Below the pieces are notes generated by a model that saw only the letters and a program-made list of their open reading frames with translations, had not been told where the DNA came from and did not search any database. Below are positions 1 to 13,812 of a DNA stretch of 64,000 bases, one piece after another. The stretch comes from Octopus sinensis (taxonomy: Eukaryota), in assembly GCF_006345805.1 (NCBI RefSeq), contig NC_043014.1:45632001-45696000 (forward strand), in the 5' to 3' direction. Position numbers and translations under genes: made by a program. Position 1 is the first letter of the stretch; each line of letters starts with the position of its first letter.

Positions 1-43
1 AAGCATTTTTGCCCAGCGTGCCAGCTTGCCAACTTACTATGCT

Positions 44-88
<45 letters not shown>

Positions 89-647
89 GTATATACACAC
101 ACACGTATATACGCACACGTATATACACACACGTATATACACACACACATATATAAATATATATATATATATATATTACGGAGATGTACTTGCATAGCGA
201 GTGACTTGATCTGAGATCGTGTGCTGGAACGAAAACAATTGCAGCGTGGAAGGTGTTTATAAGCCATTTAAGAAACGCACAAAACCGTTAGATTCACTTC
301 AACATTTAAATTTAATTTGTCGTGTGTAATTTACGTGTGTGTGCATACTATGTAAGGATAAGAAGATAGCAAATAAATATAAAATATTAGTTACGGACCC
401 CCAAGTCCGTAGAACCACCAAATCAACACTAAGTTCTCCTCCACACACACAAAAAAAGAGAAAACTAGATAAATAAATCAAGGTGGCTGACCAAAACCTT
501 GTGAGTGGATCTCGGAGATGGAAACTGAACAAAGCCTATTGTGTGTGTGTGGGGGGGGGGCTGTATATGCATGTGTGTGGTTGTCCCCAACTCAGCTTGA
601 CAACCAGTGTTGGTTTGTTTACATCCCTATAATTTAATGGTTCGGTA

Positions 648-1058
648 GGCGTAGGAGTGGCTGTGTGGTAAGTAGCTTGCTTACGAACCACATGGTTCTG
701 GGTTCAGTCCCACTGCGTGGCACCTTGGGCAAGTGTCTTCTACTATAGCCCCAGGCCGACCAAAGCCTTGCGAGTGAATTTGGTAGACGGAAACTGAAAG
801 AAGCCTGTCGTATATATGTATATATATGTGTGTGTGTATATGTTTGTGTCTATGTTTGTCCCCCAAAATCGCTTGACAACCGATGCTGGTGTGTTTACGT
901 CGCCGTAACTTAGCAGTTCGGAAAAAGAGACCGATAGAATAAGTACTGGGCTTACAAAGAATAAGTCCTGGGGTTGATTTGCTCGACTAAAGGCGTTGCT
1001 CCAGCATGGCCACAGTCAAATGACTGAAACAAGTAAAAAGAGTAAAAGCGAGTAAAGA
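648..1058 (+). mobile_element. tRNA-derived SINE family A, full length
   Basis: Head ggcgtaggagtggctgtgtggt (A-box-like) and ggttcagtccc (B-box-like), internal (AT/GT)n, tail gactgaaacaagtaaaaagag; many homologous copies in the window. Confidence 0.9.
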
Positions 1059-1241
1059 GGTGAAAAGAAACCGACAGAAAAGTATCTGGCTTATAAAAAA
1101 ACAAAATAAAGGTACGGGGGTCTAAATCATTTGACTAACAGCACTTCAGAGCAGTGCCCCAGTATGGCCGCAGTCTAATGACTGAAAACGAGTAAAAGAT
1201 ACAAGATACAGAATTTATCAAATTCGTGACATTCTACTCAC

Positions 1242-1256
1242 AGATGTTACTGCCAT
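1242..1256 (-). CDS. Weak candidate start-codon exon (MAVTS) of a gene continuing left of the window
   Basis: aaaatATGGCAGTAACATCT|gtgagtag: A-rich start context followed by a consensus donor. Confidence 0.2.
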
Positions 1257-1509
1257 ATTTTATGCTAACGATTCCTCTCTTTTCTCTCTCGAACAAACAC
1301 ATTCGGTGCCCTCCCCCCCACCTCCTAGGCACCCTCCCCCCTCCCCCCGGGCTCCACACATGCAGAGAGATTTTTATGAAGAACACAAAACTGGCTGATA
1401 GTCATACAGAATTGTCTTCTGCAATTAACCAAAGAGTTGTTTAAAACATACTTTCCTTGGTTCTTTGCCAAGATGATGGATGATGGATGATGCCGAGAGA
1501 GAGAGAGAC

Positions 1510-1559
<50 letters not shown>

Positions 1560-1871
1560 GAGTAGGTACCACAAAGCAGATATTTCTGACATGGTCAACA
1601 GCTCGCTACTTGATGATGATGATGATCATCATCATCATCATGATTGTCAGCATACCTATTTAGTGTGATGTTTTTCACCAAGTTATCAGAATTGTTCATG
1701 TGGCTGGATCTACCCACACCATCAAATCTTACTTCATATTCTTCCAAAGAAAAAAATATATATATATATAAATCAAAATCAAGTGCAAATAAATCTCATG
1801 CCTTTAACTGTATGTAGAAAGAGTCCAACTTTGAGTTAAGTGAAAGCAATTATTGATAATCCAAAGATATA

Positions 1872-2091
1872 TATTTCGTTACTGCCCACAAGGAGCTAAA
1901 CATAGAGGGGACAAACAAGGACAGACAAAGGGATTAAGTTGATTACATCGACCCCAGTGTGAAGCTGGTACTTTATTTAATGACCCCAAAAGGATGAAAG
2001 GCAAAGTCAACCTCGGCGGAATTTGAACTCAGAACCTAACGTCAGACGAAATACGGCTAGGCATTTCGCCCGGCGTGCTAACGTTTCTGCC
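1872..2091 (-). mobile_element. SINE family B
   Basis: actgcccacaaggagctaaacatagag...gtcaacctcggcggaatttgaactcagaac...cccggcgtgctaacgtttctgcc. Homologues at 27177, 29342, 30620, 36550, 39480, 40960, 47620 and 63730. Confidence 0.85.
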
Positions 2092-3229
2092 TCTGAGTCC
2101 CAGGAATTGACACAGAAATCTCCAAGGTTGACAATGATGATGAACCCTTACAGAAGGAATTATGTTGTTAAATTAATTAATCTCAATAGCAAGGTTGAAA
2201 CGGCAGGATTTGAACTTGGGATGTAGAAAGATGAATCAAAAATGCAATGAATTATTTAGTCTGTTGCTTTAACGTTCCTACCACATCACTATCAAATATT
2301 AGTTTCTTTATGGCTGGGCACAAAAATGCGATTTTATGAAAAACCACCTTGGTAATGCTTGTCCATGAAGGGCTCTTCCCCGCCACTCACATTACATCCT
2401 CTAATACCTAAAAGTACTGGTACCACGTAAAAAGCACTGGTGATGGTGCCATGTAAAAAACACCCAGTATGCTCTGTAAGGTCGCTGTAGTTAGGAAGGG
2501 CATTCAGCTGTAGAAACCAAGCCAAAATAGACAAATGGAGCCTCGTACAGCTCCTGACCTTGCCAGCTCCTGCCAAATCCGTCCAGCCCCTGCTAGCATG
2601 GAAAACAGACACTACATGATGATGAGGACGACACTTTCCTCTTAGTGTTTTCTGAGAGCAAATGTGGAATATCGCCAACTGAATCAAACCCAGTGTATCA
2701 CTGGTACTTATTGACCAAAAACATTAAAAATCAAAACCAAAACTTCTGTCTGTGAAGATGAAAGGTCAACCTTGACCTAAAAACAAAAAAAAAAAAAACA
2801 AAAATGGGCAAAGTCAATCTTGGAAGTATATATGGACAAAAGAGATGAAAGCTCAGCTCTCACCACCCCACCCGCCAATATCCAAACGTTCAGGGGTGGG
2901 GGAAGAGAGAGAGAGAGAGGGGGAGGGGCGGGGGCGGGGGCAGGCAAGCACTGATTTATAATTAACTTTCAGACACTGGGAGAATGAAACCAAGGACAGA
3001 ACAAAGCTTGACCTGATTGAATGAATGTAAAGAGAGTAATACCATAAAAGTTGCTGTGCATATTCTATGGTGACTGGACAGTGGATTTGGTCTGTGATTC
3101 ATTGAATTTTGCCGGAGTAGTGGCAAATGGTGTGTGTGTATATGTGTGTGTGTGCTATTTTCAATCTATTATTCAGCCCAACATGTATTTTATTTCTGTA
3201 CCGCTGGTGTCTCTGTATTATATATGTGT

Positions 3230-3339
3230 GTGTGTATATATATATTACTGTGGATGTGTGTGTATGAGTGTGTACTAGTATATATGCATGTGTGTGGAAT
3301 ATATATACATGCATGTGTGGGAATAATATATTATATATA

Positions 3340-3388
<49 letters not shown>

Positions 3389-3489
3389 ATGTATGTATGT
3401 GTATATATATATACTGTGGATGTGTGTGTATGGAGTGTGTACTAGTATATATGCATGTGTGTGGAAATATATACATGCATGTGTGTGGA

Positions 3490-3543
<54 letters not shown>

Positions 3544-3656
3544 TATATATATAATATGTATGTAGTGTTATTATATATATATATATATGTATATAATATT
3601 GTATGTATAGTATATATGTATTATATATATATATATATGTATGTATATATATTATG

Positions 3657-3687
<31 letters not shown>

Positions 3688-3743
3688 GTATGTAATATAT
3701 ATATATGTATGTATATATATATATATGTATGTATATATATATG

Positions 3744-3796
<53 letters not shown>

Positions 3797-4155
3797 GTAT
3801 ATATATATGTATGTATGTATGTATATATATGTATGTTATGTATATAATGTATGTATATATATATGTATGTATAATATATATATATATGTATGTATGTATG
3901 TATATATATGTTATATGTGATGTATATATATATGTATGTATAAATATATATATATAATGTATGTATAATATATATGTATATATATATATATTATATATAT
4001 TATATGTATGTATGTTATATATATATAGTGTATGTATGTGAAATGTGTTAGTATATATGCATATGTGTGCCAATGCGAGCAAGTATATACGCATATGTAT
4101 GTAGTATATAATACACACACATACACACACACAAATATATATAAATATATATATA
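3230..4155. repeat. Compound (TA)n/(TATG)n microsatellite
   Basis: Direct inspection. Confidence 0.95.
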
Positions 4156-4521
4156 TAAAGTTTTGTGTTCTTTGTTTATATAGCACATAAATGCCTCTCC
4201 TCGCTTCCCCCCCCCCACTTGTTCTATTATTCAATGCCAACAACCCTGTCTTGCTCGTGTGTGTGTGTACGTACGTATGTATGTATGTATGTATGCATGT
4301 TGTATGTTATTTGCAGTTTCTCTGTCGGCATTGAATACAGATGTTATTTTTAACATATACTTACTGTTTCTATGTCTGAATTGTTTTTATTGATACTCTA
4401 TTATTATCATTATTATTATTGTTATTATTGTTAGACACCAAGCGTGTAACATGAGTTGTTATTTCAACGTGTGAATGCCGCAGACAAGTGTTATTGCCGT
4501 TTCTATTATTTGGTTGGGATT

Positions 4522-6793
4522 AAAAAGGAAATCTATCACATTTCAGGTTTTGATTCCAATGCACAGTACATTGGGCAAAGGGAAAGCTTTGCCTTCCAAC
4601 CACATGGTTCTGGGTTCAGGTTCCAGTGGATGACACTTTATGCAAGAAGTGTCTTCTACTGTAGCTTTGGGCCGAGCAAAGCCCTGTGAGTGGATTTGAT
4701 AGATGGAAACTGAAAGAAGCCTGCCATATATATATATATATATATGTGGACATGCACACAAGCATGCAAAAGGAAATCTATCACATTTCAGGTTTTGATT
4801 CCAATGCACAGAACATTGGGCAAAGGGAAAGCTTTGCTTTCCAACCACATGGTTCTGGGTTCAGGTTCCAGTGGATGACACTTTATGCAAGAAGTGTCTT
4901 TCTTCTACTGTAGCTTTGGGCTGACCAAAGCCTTGTGAGTGGATTTGATAGATGGAAACTGAAAGAAGCCTGCCATATATATATATATATATGTGGACAT
5001 GCACACAAGCATGCAAAAGGAAATCTATCACATTTCAGGTTTTGATTCCAATGCACAGAACATTGGGCAAAGAGAAAGCTTTGCTTTCCAACCACATGGT
5101 TCTGGGTTCAGGTTCCAGTGGATGACACCTTATGCAAGAAGTGTCTTCTACTGTAGCTTTGGGCTGACCAAAACCTTGTGGGTGGATTTGATAGATGGAA
5201 ACTGAAGAAGCCTGCCATATATATATTATATATAATATATATAATTATATATATTAATATATATATATATATATATATGTGGACATGCACACAAGCATGC
5301 AAAAGGAAATCTATCACATTTCAGGTTTGGTTCCAATGCACAGTACATTGGGCAAAGGGAAAGCTTACTTTCCAACCACATGGTTCTGGGTTCAGGTTCC
5401 AGTGGATGACACTTTATGCAAGAAGTGTCTTCTACTGTAGCTTTGGGCTGACCAAAACCTTGTGAGTGGATTTGATAGATGGAAACTGAAAGAAGCCTGC
5501 CATATATATATATATATATAGCTTTCATGTGCGGCAGATGCACAGGGACAATAGACACAACAGACACTCAGAAAACAGATTCCATCACACTCCAGGGAGA
5601 GAAACTAGAAGTAGTTGATAGTTTCCGCTACCTGGGTGACCAAGTTAGTAGCGGAGGTGGATGCACAGAGAGTATCACCACTAGAATACGAATAGCCTGG
5701 GCAAAGTTCAGAAAGCTCCTACCCCTACTGGCAACAAAAGGTCTCTCCCTCATAGCAAAAGGTAGATTGTATGATGCATGTGTGCGAACTGCCATGCTTC
5801 ACGGTAATGAAACTTGGGCTGTGACTGCAGAAGACATGCGTAGACTTGAAAGAAATGAAGCTAGCATGATCCGCTGGATGTGTAGTGTCAGTGTGCACGC
5901 AAGACAGAGTGTAAGCATCCTGAGAGAAATGCTGGATATAAGAAGCATCAGATGTGGTGTGCAAGAGCGACGCTTGCGATGGTATGGTCATGTGCTGCGG
6001 ATGGATGAAGAGAGATGTGTGAAGAAGTGCCACTCCCAAACAGTTGAAGGTATCAGGGGGAGAGGTAGACCCAGGAAGACATGGGATGAGGTGGTCAAGC
6101 ATGACCTCAGAGCATTGGGCCTCACTGAGGCAATGGCGAAGGACCGAGATCTCTGGAGATATGCTGTGACTACAAAGACCCGGCTGCTTTCTGCAGCAAT
6201 TCCACATACCCCCTACCCATTCAGTACCGGATCCCAAAGTACCCTGGATCCCCAAAGTACCCCGATCCCCCAAGTACCCCGGACCTCGTTGCCCCCGTGC
6301 CGCTGACACGTTAAAATGCTCGAACCGATCGTGACCGATGCCGGACCCTCCTGGCCCCTGTGCAGGTGGCACGTAAAAAGCACCCAATCCACTGGCGTTA
6401 GGAAGGGCATCCAGCCGTAGAAACTCTGCCAGATTCAGACTGGAGCCTGGAGCGGCCCCTGGCTTCCCAGACCCGGTCGAACCGTCCAACCCGTGCTAGC
6501 GCGGAAAGCGGACGTTAAACGATGATGATGATGATGATGATGATATATATATATATATATATGTGGACATGCACACAAGCATGCAAAAGGAAATCTATCA
6601 CATTTCAGGTTTGGTTCCAATGCACAGTACATTGGGCAAAGGGAAAGCTTACTTTCCAACCACATGGTTCTGGGTTCAGGTTCCAGTGGATGACACTTTA
6701 TGCAAGAAGTGTCTTCTACTGTAGCTTTGGGCTGACCAAAACCTTGTGAGTGGATTTCATAGACGGAAACTGAAAGAAGCCTGTCATATATAT
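4522..6793 (+). repeat. Tandem array of about 245-285 bp SINE-derived units (5 copies), interrupted by the RTE LINE
   Basis: Unit aaaaggaaatctatcacatttcagg...gaaagaagcctgcc(at)n gtggacatgcacacaagcatgc starts at about 4523, 4768, 5015, 5301 and 6585. Confidence 0.92.
5521..6544 (+). mobile_element. 5'-truncated RTE-clade LINE (RT C-terminus, 3' UTR, (GAT)n tail)
   Basis: ORF 5479-6306 contains EVVDSFRYLG, RIRIAWAKF, RLYDACVRTAMLHGNETW, RLRWYGHVLRM and GRGRPRKTWDEVVKHDL, typical of RTE ORF ends. Ends in (GAT)n and is flanked on both sides by (TA)n. Confidence 0.95.
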
Positions 6794-6971
6794 GAGTGGT
6801 TGGCATTAGGAAGGGCATCCAGCTGTAGAAACATTGCCAGATAAGACTGGAGCCTGGTGCAGCCTTCTGGCTTCCCAGATCCCCGGCCGAACCGTCCAAC
6901 CCATGCTAGCATGGAGAACGGACGTTAAACGATGATGATGATGATGATGATGATAATATATATATATATAG

Positions 6972-7016
<45 letters not shown>

Positions 7017-7189
7017 TATAATATTATTTTATCTATATATTATATCTAGTTTCAGCTCACGAGCTGTGGCCATGCTGGGGCACCGCCATTAAAAGAAAAC
7101 ACTGAATACTTTTACAAGGATTGAACCTTTGTCCAAGGGGTATATGTGTTGCTGTGTCCATGTCTTTACCCACAAGACCATTGAGAGAT

Positions 7190-7230
<41 letters not shown>

Positions 7231-7285
7231 CTATATATATATATACACACAAGCATGCATGTGTGTGTGTGTGTGTGTGTGTGTG

Positions 7286-7524
7286 TTAGTTAGTTAATTT
7301 TTTGGCTCAAAAAGCAAAAAGCAAGGCCATGTAGGGGGACATGGAGTTAAGTACAGGGTGGTGTTCATGTAAAGAGTTCAGGCCACTTGTGGTCAAGGGA
7401 GACTTTGAAACGAGCAGTCGTCGGCATCTTCACTATCTCGTCCGGCAGCTTATTCCACGGATCCAAAACCTGGAGGGAGAAAGCCCCTCTCCTTCAATTG
7501 AGATGAAATCGTCGCAGATAGAGC
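7286..7524 (-). mobile_element. CR1-type LINE 3' fragment inserted into a (GT)n tract
   Basis: Reverse complement of the 18221-18594 element, including the ccatgt-ccccct-acatgg 3' stem-loop and (taac)n tail. Confidence 0.9.
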
Positions 7525-9239
7525 TGTGTGTCTAGCCATGGGGAAATATTACCATGCTTTGGCAAAGGGTTGGCAATAGGAAGGGCATCTGCCACAAGCA
7601 AACCTATACAGAGTGAATAGAATGTTTAGGGTTCTAGCATTTGTGTGTGGTGTGTGTGTGAGTGGGGGGGGAGACAGACAGAGTTATACCAATGTAAAAA
7701 GATGCAATAAGTTGCATCATGTTTTTGTAATTTGATAAAAATCATCATCATCACCACCACAATGTCCATTTTCCCATGCCTACAGGGGTCAGATTGAGTT
7801 TACTGAGAATGGATTTTCTTTGGCTGGGATGCTGTTGCTGTCATCAATCCTCACCCTGTTACCAAGCAGGCTAATGCTTCCCCTGTGACCGGACATGATT
7901 TTGTAGATTACTGGAGACGAATGGCAGACACTGCTTGTATGACAGTGGCACCCGTTTACAATCTTATCAACATAACCACCATCACCACCATTTGCAATAC
8001 CACAACCAACAACAAAACTGCTTTTATCAAAGGTCTGGATCCTTGTTAAGGATGAACCTGGGAATGAACAACAGCACCATCACTGTTTGGTAAAGTGACA
8101 TCTACAGAATTATGTTAAAAGGACTTACACAAAAGTAAATTCCTAATTGAAATTTCCCACCAAAAAAGGCAACAAAAACCTGGTGGCAACTGTTAACAAC
8201 TCTCAAATAGAAGGGAGATAATTTCAAGGCATAATTTTACATGCTTAGCATGAAGAAAACTTGATTTTTGCTTGTATGCAAGGGACAGCTATGGATATGT
8301 TTTGGCCTATCAGATCTTTTTATCATAGTTTAAGGAGGTAAGTTCTGTATCTTCACACAAAAGAAGAATAATTGTTTGGATTACACATATTGCAAATTTG
8401 AGCTGATCTCTGATCAAAGGCATTCCAGCTATGACCATCATGCCTTTCACTAAAAGATATAATCTATGTAGGATAACACTGTATCTTTTCCTTTTAAGAT
8501 GGTAGAACAAAAGTTTCATGGTCTTTGTTGCTTTTTTGACTCAGCATTAGACATGTTGAGTAACCCTTTTTAAGCACAGGAAATTGGATTGTATAGTCTT
8601 AGATACAATGTATCTGAATAGATGAGATGGCCATGAACAGAATGTCTTTGATTACTGGCATGCCCGATCATTCCTAATCTAGGGATGGAACTAAATAACA
8701 AAACACAGGCCAGAACTCTCAATAACAACCATTGCTCTCCCACATCACACATCTTACCATAGAATTTTTTTTTTTTTTTAAATGAAATTAGAGGTATGCA
8801 AGAAGCTTACTTTCCAACCATATGGTTCTGGGTTCAATTCCAGTGCATGACACCTTAGGCAAGAAGTTTCTTCTACTGTAGCTTTGGGCTGACCAAAGCC
8901 TTGTGAGTGGATTTGATAGATGGAAACTGAAAGAAGCCTGCCATATATATATATGCACATGCACACAAGCATGCATGTGTGTGTGTCTAGCCACGGGGAA
9001 ATATTACCATGCTTTTGCAAAGGGTTGGCAACAGGAAGGGCATCTGCCCGTAGAAAAACTGCCTTCGTGAATTCTATTTAACCCATGCAAATATGGAAAA
9101 GTGGATGTTAGAATGATTATATGTACTGGAGTTGATTTAATCAACTGAGGCATTATACTTAAGCTAGGAATTATGGTTATTCTTAGTCCAAGAGAGGAAC
9201 AAGACTGAACTTAATATTCTTATCAGACACTCATAGCCC

Positions 9240-9560
9240 TCTAGTAACTGGACAATACGGCCAGTGGGGAGAGGGTTCCTTGTTGGCTTCCTATAGAGGA
9301 CTAGTGTTGGGGAAAAAGTTTTTCAGAGACACTCTAGGTTCCAATGGGAATCAATTGACTGGCTTGTCCTGGGAGACCTTTAATACAGGGACAATGGGTG
9401 ACTTGCAGAAATCACTGGTGGTATTACCAGTGGGCATTGTGGCTCAAGATAACCTCTACAGGTATGAAAGCACCATCAGGTAGGCCTGTCCAGGCTATCC
9501 ATAGAGCAATGAAACTGTTCAGTACATAAGTATCAGTGTCTCAGCATTGCTACCTTGGAG
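9240..9560 (-). mobile_element. Highly decayed LINE reverse-transcriptase relic
   Basis: Minus strand gives PDG...KSPIVPVLK...DKPVN*FP...SLKNF across stops, resembling the GPDG...IVPVFKKG...NYRPISL RT region. Confidence 0.4.
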
Positions 9561-9753
9561 TTAAGTGAAACAGTTGCTGTCCTATTGGCTGGGGTCAAAG
9601 TAATGATTAGCCTGCTGCTTTCTTTTTGGGGCTGGGAAGAGCAAGCAGCTTTACTGTCTGGTGTGTGTGGTAAAAGAAATTATCAGGTGTATATCTCTGA
9701 AAGGAATAAGGGTGGATATTACTCTCCAGTCAAGCCGTCATCAATTTTTCAAA

Positions 9754-9990
9754 GTGAAAGCTCGTGGCTTAGTGGTTAGAAGATTTGGCTCATGATCACA
9801 AGGTTGCGTGTTCAATTTCTGGTGGCGCATTATGTCATTGAAGAAACTATTTCCTATTCCTTCAGTCCATTCAGCCGGCAAAAATGAGTAGCACCTGTAT
9901 TTCAAAGGGCCAATCCTTGTCACATTCTGGGTCATGCTGAAGGTGCACAAAAATGAGTAGCATCTGTATTTCAAAGGGCCAATCCTTGTT
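9754..9990 (+). mobile_element. tRNA-derived SINE family D with a partial 69 bp internal duplication
   Basis: Head gtgaaagctcgtggcttagtggttaga; the aaaatgagtagcacctgtatttcaaagggccaatccttgt block occurs twice. Confidence 0.85.
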
Positions 9991-11657
9991 CACTTAGAGG
10001 GGAAAGTGAAGTTGGAAAAAGAAGGGCTGCCCACCAGTAAATTTACTGAGAAGTAGATGATGGATAATGATACAGGTAAGAGTAACAAGCATGGCCTGAA
10101 TGAAAAGGCCTACTTTCTACATATGCCTGTAGACCAAAGAACTGAGCTGAGGGAACACATTTAACACTTGCTAGTCAGGATTAATCCTTGATTAATGAGG
10201 TTCCTTGACTGGCTCCTGGTGACAATACCCCTCTTAGAATTTCGTCATATAATGTGTACCATTACTTTTTCCGTTCATCTTATTTCTTTTTTGTAACCTA
10301 CCCTTTGTCATGTTCCCTTATTTGCTGCCCTGTGGCAATGATAAAGAATTATTTGGGTCTATATTAACTATTAACATGGTTTTGCAAAATCATTCAAAGA
10401 ATAAAGAATTTAAGAATCTGGATTGTTGTCTGTGAAACTAGAAAAGTTTTGCTAGACTGAAAATGGTGTTGGTGCAATTTGCAGAAAATTTCTGCAAAGA
10501 GTAGTAACAAGAACGTTTTTGTCAATGAAATGAAGGATCAACAACGAAAATAAAGCATCATTTTTAACATGGGCTTGGGTCGCTAAAATAGCACCCAAAT
10601 TTTCCTCAAATTCTACCCTACCATCTTGAGAGAGAGAGATTATACAATGTGGTCTGGAGTTCACTCTGCCCCGAAAAAAAAAAAAAGGGGGAGATGGGTG
10701 ATCATGTATGAAATGCCTTTTATCATGGGTCTGCTCAATCAGGGTCGATTTGGAGCTAAAAAAAAAAAAAAAACCCAACCCCTTTCACTGATTTTTTAAA
10801 AGAACTATTCTTATGTATATGATCTTTAATGGACTGAGAATGGTAGAAAGAATCTAGAAGGAAATACATTCAGTATTTCGCAAAATACATTTGCGGTCTG
10901 ATTTCAAATCCTACTATAGTCGACTTTGTATTTTAGCCTTCAATGATCGATAAAATATAACACAAGTCAGGTACTAGGGTCGATTTATGATCCTACAAAT
11001 TATCTAAGGTGGGAATGGAATTATAATCGAATTAATATATTAATTATAAAACAGTAGGACGGGACAGAAAACTTTGCTTTAACTTTAAAGCAGTCACTGG
11101 TCATAAATGAGCAGCGGTCTTTTTACAGTCACTCAGAAAGTTTAAAAAACTTTTTTACATTCATTTCCGGTAATATAACCTTCATTTACAGGTAATCCAA
11201 TCTGATAACATTGGTATTTATAATAAAGTCGGAAAAGCAAGTGGAGGAGAGACTGGAAGTCCGTGGAAGATGGAGGCTTCGTAAATGTAGGGTGCGCGCG
11301 TGCGTGAAGAATAAGTTTGAGTTTTCCAAACAAGAAGGAAAAAATACTCAATAATCAAAGTAAAGTATAAATATTTCGTGTAGTGCTGCGAGTACTCCTT
11401 GTTACTAGCTTCGCATGTGCCCTAATTGTGGGCTTGTCATTACACACACACATAATCCATTAATATATATATATATACATAGAGAGAGAGATGGCCAGAT
11501 AACCGAAGAGATGGTGTTGTGGATTTCCACTTCGGCATCCGAAACTCAGAGTTTTATCTTGGCTATTGAATAATTGTCACATTATTTTACAGATAAATTT
11601 CCTCTATTTACATAATATTGAGGTCTCTTTCTTTCTTTTGTTATCTTACCGTTTTTA

Positions 11658-11688
<31 letters not shown>

Positions 11689-12153
11689 GGTACTGATAAA
11701 CTTTCATTGCAGGAAGTTATCGCAAAACCATGTCTGATAGTAGAACGTGGAGTTTTTTTAACTTTTACCCTCTTATCAAGGTAGAACTTTATCAGTTTAC
11801 CGCACGACCTGCTTAATCACATTTTATATCTAATTAATAAATTACTCTTTGTTTCAAAGTTGTGAGGATGAGAAGCAAAAAAACTTTCCACAAAAGACTG
11901 CCACCCAGACAGGCCAGAGGGAGATATCACACTTTTGAAACTCTTACAAAGTAGTACAACTGTTTGCTATGGCAGTACTTATGGTATATATAATTTTATA
12001 CAACATAATATAATATATTAAGTGTGTGTCTCTCTCACGGTTGCAGTAATGGGTGAGAGGTGTAATATTGTGATAAATTAGTTTTAAAAAAGGCCAAATA
12101 GACAGACAGACAAACACATAAAGCGAGCGACAATTGTTGATAAATAAACTCAC

Positions 12154-12330
12154 CCAAATGTCTCCCTTTAGAGAGAAATCCGTGTTTTGTGTGCGCGAGT
12201 GGCAAAGGTGGAAGTGCTTGTTCTATTTGAAGAATTGGTGAGGGATAAAGGCTGCCTTCCACCCTCTCTCTCTTTCTCGCTTGCTTTCTCCTCTCTAACT
12301 TGTTTAACTCTCTCTGTCTCTCTCTCAATA
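12154..12330 (-). other. Candidate non-coding first exon
   Basis: Consensus donor TTGG|GTGAGT at 12153-12148; GA-rich, CpG-containing sequence upstream without an ATG. The 5' boundary is approximate. Confidence 0.33.
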
Positions 12331-12664
12331 TATATAATACGTTTAGTAGATGAATCTTAGCGACTGAAGAGGGGATTTTTCGTTGTGCTTATTGTCCTGT
12401 ATCTCTCCCTTTTTTTTTTGCTTGTCTTGTTCCTTGGTTTGTGTCTACGTGTTTCGTCTCTCTATGTGTTCGACTCCTGTACACATATATGCGTGTATAT
12501 TACATGTATAGGTAGGTACGTACATATATGTTTATATATATGCTATATTCTATTTTATTAACATATATATATATATATATATATAACTAAAAATAAGGGT
12601 GTCTGAGAGACACCACCATGCCGAAATAGCAGTCAAAACCTGACTCTAAAAACCACGTTAAATG

Positions 12665-12704
<40 letters not shown>

Positions 12705-13259
12705 TAAGGCGATCTTTCGGATCTTTCGTCTCTAGTAGACCTTTCCGTCGATTTCCGTGAAAAAAAAATTTTTTTTTACATATGGGCTTGCGGGAACTTT
12801 TGAAGTAATATACATACGTATACACATACACCGAGTAAAAAATTTCAGAGACGAATGATTGCCATATATTAATTATCCGAGAAATTCACGCTCATATTCT
12901 TTTTTTTATTGCGGGACAGAGGTGGGTTGTAATACTTTGCCTAGATTTCTGTCCCCCATGTCCGTAGATGTTATGGATTTATTATGTTATGTCTATCTGT
13001 CTGTCTATCTGTGTTCCACCTCATGGGAAACTCAAAGCAAGTTACTTGAGAGAGCAGTAGTAAGGAAAAACGTGTTTTAATAAAGAATTGATGAGGGATT
13101 AGGCTAATTACCGCTTCCACACACACTCTCGCTCTATTTCTCTCATTCTCTTTATCTTTCTGTCTGTCTATCTAATATTACAGCTCAGACGAAACGGACT
13201 CAAAAAATGTGTGAGAGAAAGAGAGAGGGTTAAAAAAAAAGAGGATGAAAGAGAGGAAA

Positions 13260-13349
13260 AGAAACGAGAGAGAGAGAGAGAGAGAGAGAGAAGATGTTGA
13301 CGGAGGAAGAGAGAAAGTTAATGAAAGAGGGAGGGAAAGAAGTTGAAGA

Positions 13350-13387
<38 letters not shown>

Positions 13388-13513
13388 ATATAAAATTTAA
13401 GCCAGAGTGAAAAAAAACCCAATCAGAAATGTGCGATGGTTCTGTGTATGTCGTTAAGGGACGGAGTCGTGGATAGACAAAGTAGTTACAAGTTTGTAAA
13501 CAGACCGAAAAGT

Positions 13514-13555
<42 letters not shown>

Positions 13556-13668
13556 GAGAGATAGATAGATATATATAGAGAGGGAGAGATAGATAGATAG
13601 ATAGATATATATATAGAGAGAAGGGGAGAGATAGATAGATAGATATATATATAGAGAGAGAAGGGGAG

Positions 13669-13700
<32 letters not shown>

Positions 13701-13728
13701 GGAGAGAAAGATATATATAGAGAGAGAG

Positions 13729-13767
<39 letters not shown>

Positions 13768-13780
13768 AGGGGAGAGATAG

Positions 13781-13812
<32 letters not shown>

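Noticed and set aside
5725-6489. 254 aa minus-strand ORF
   Set aside because: Antisense shadow of the RTE ORF.
10452-10778. 108 aa minus-strand ORF
   Set aside because: Spans homopolymer runs and has no recognisable domain or donor.
11830-11925. Signal-peptide-like frame LPLACLGGSLLWKVFLLLILTTLKQR on the minus strand
   Set aside because: Immediately preceded by an in-frame TGA, with no ATG or suitable acceptor.
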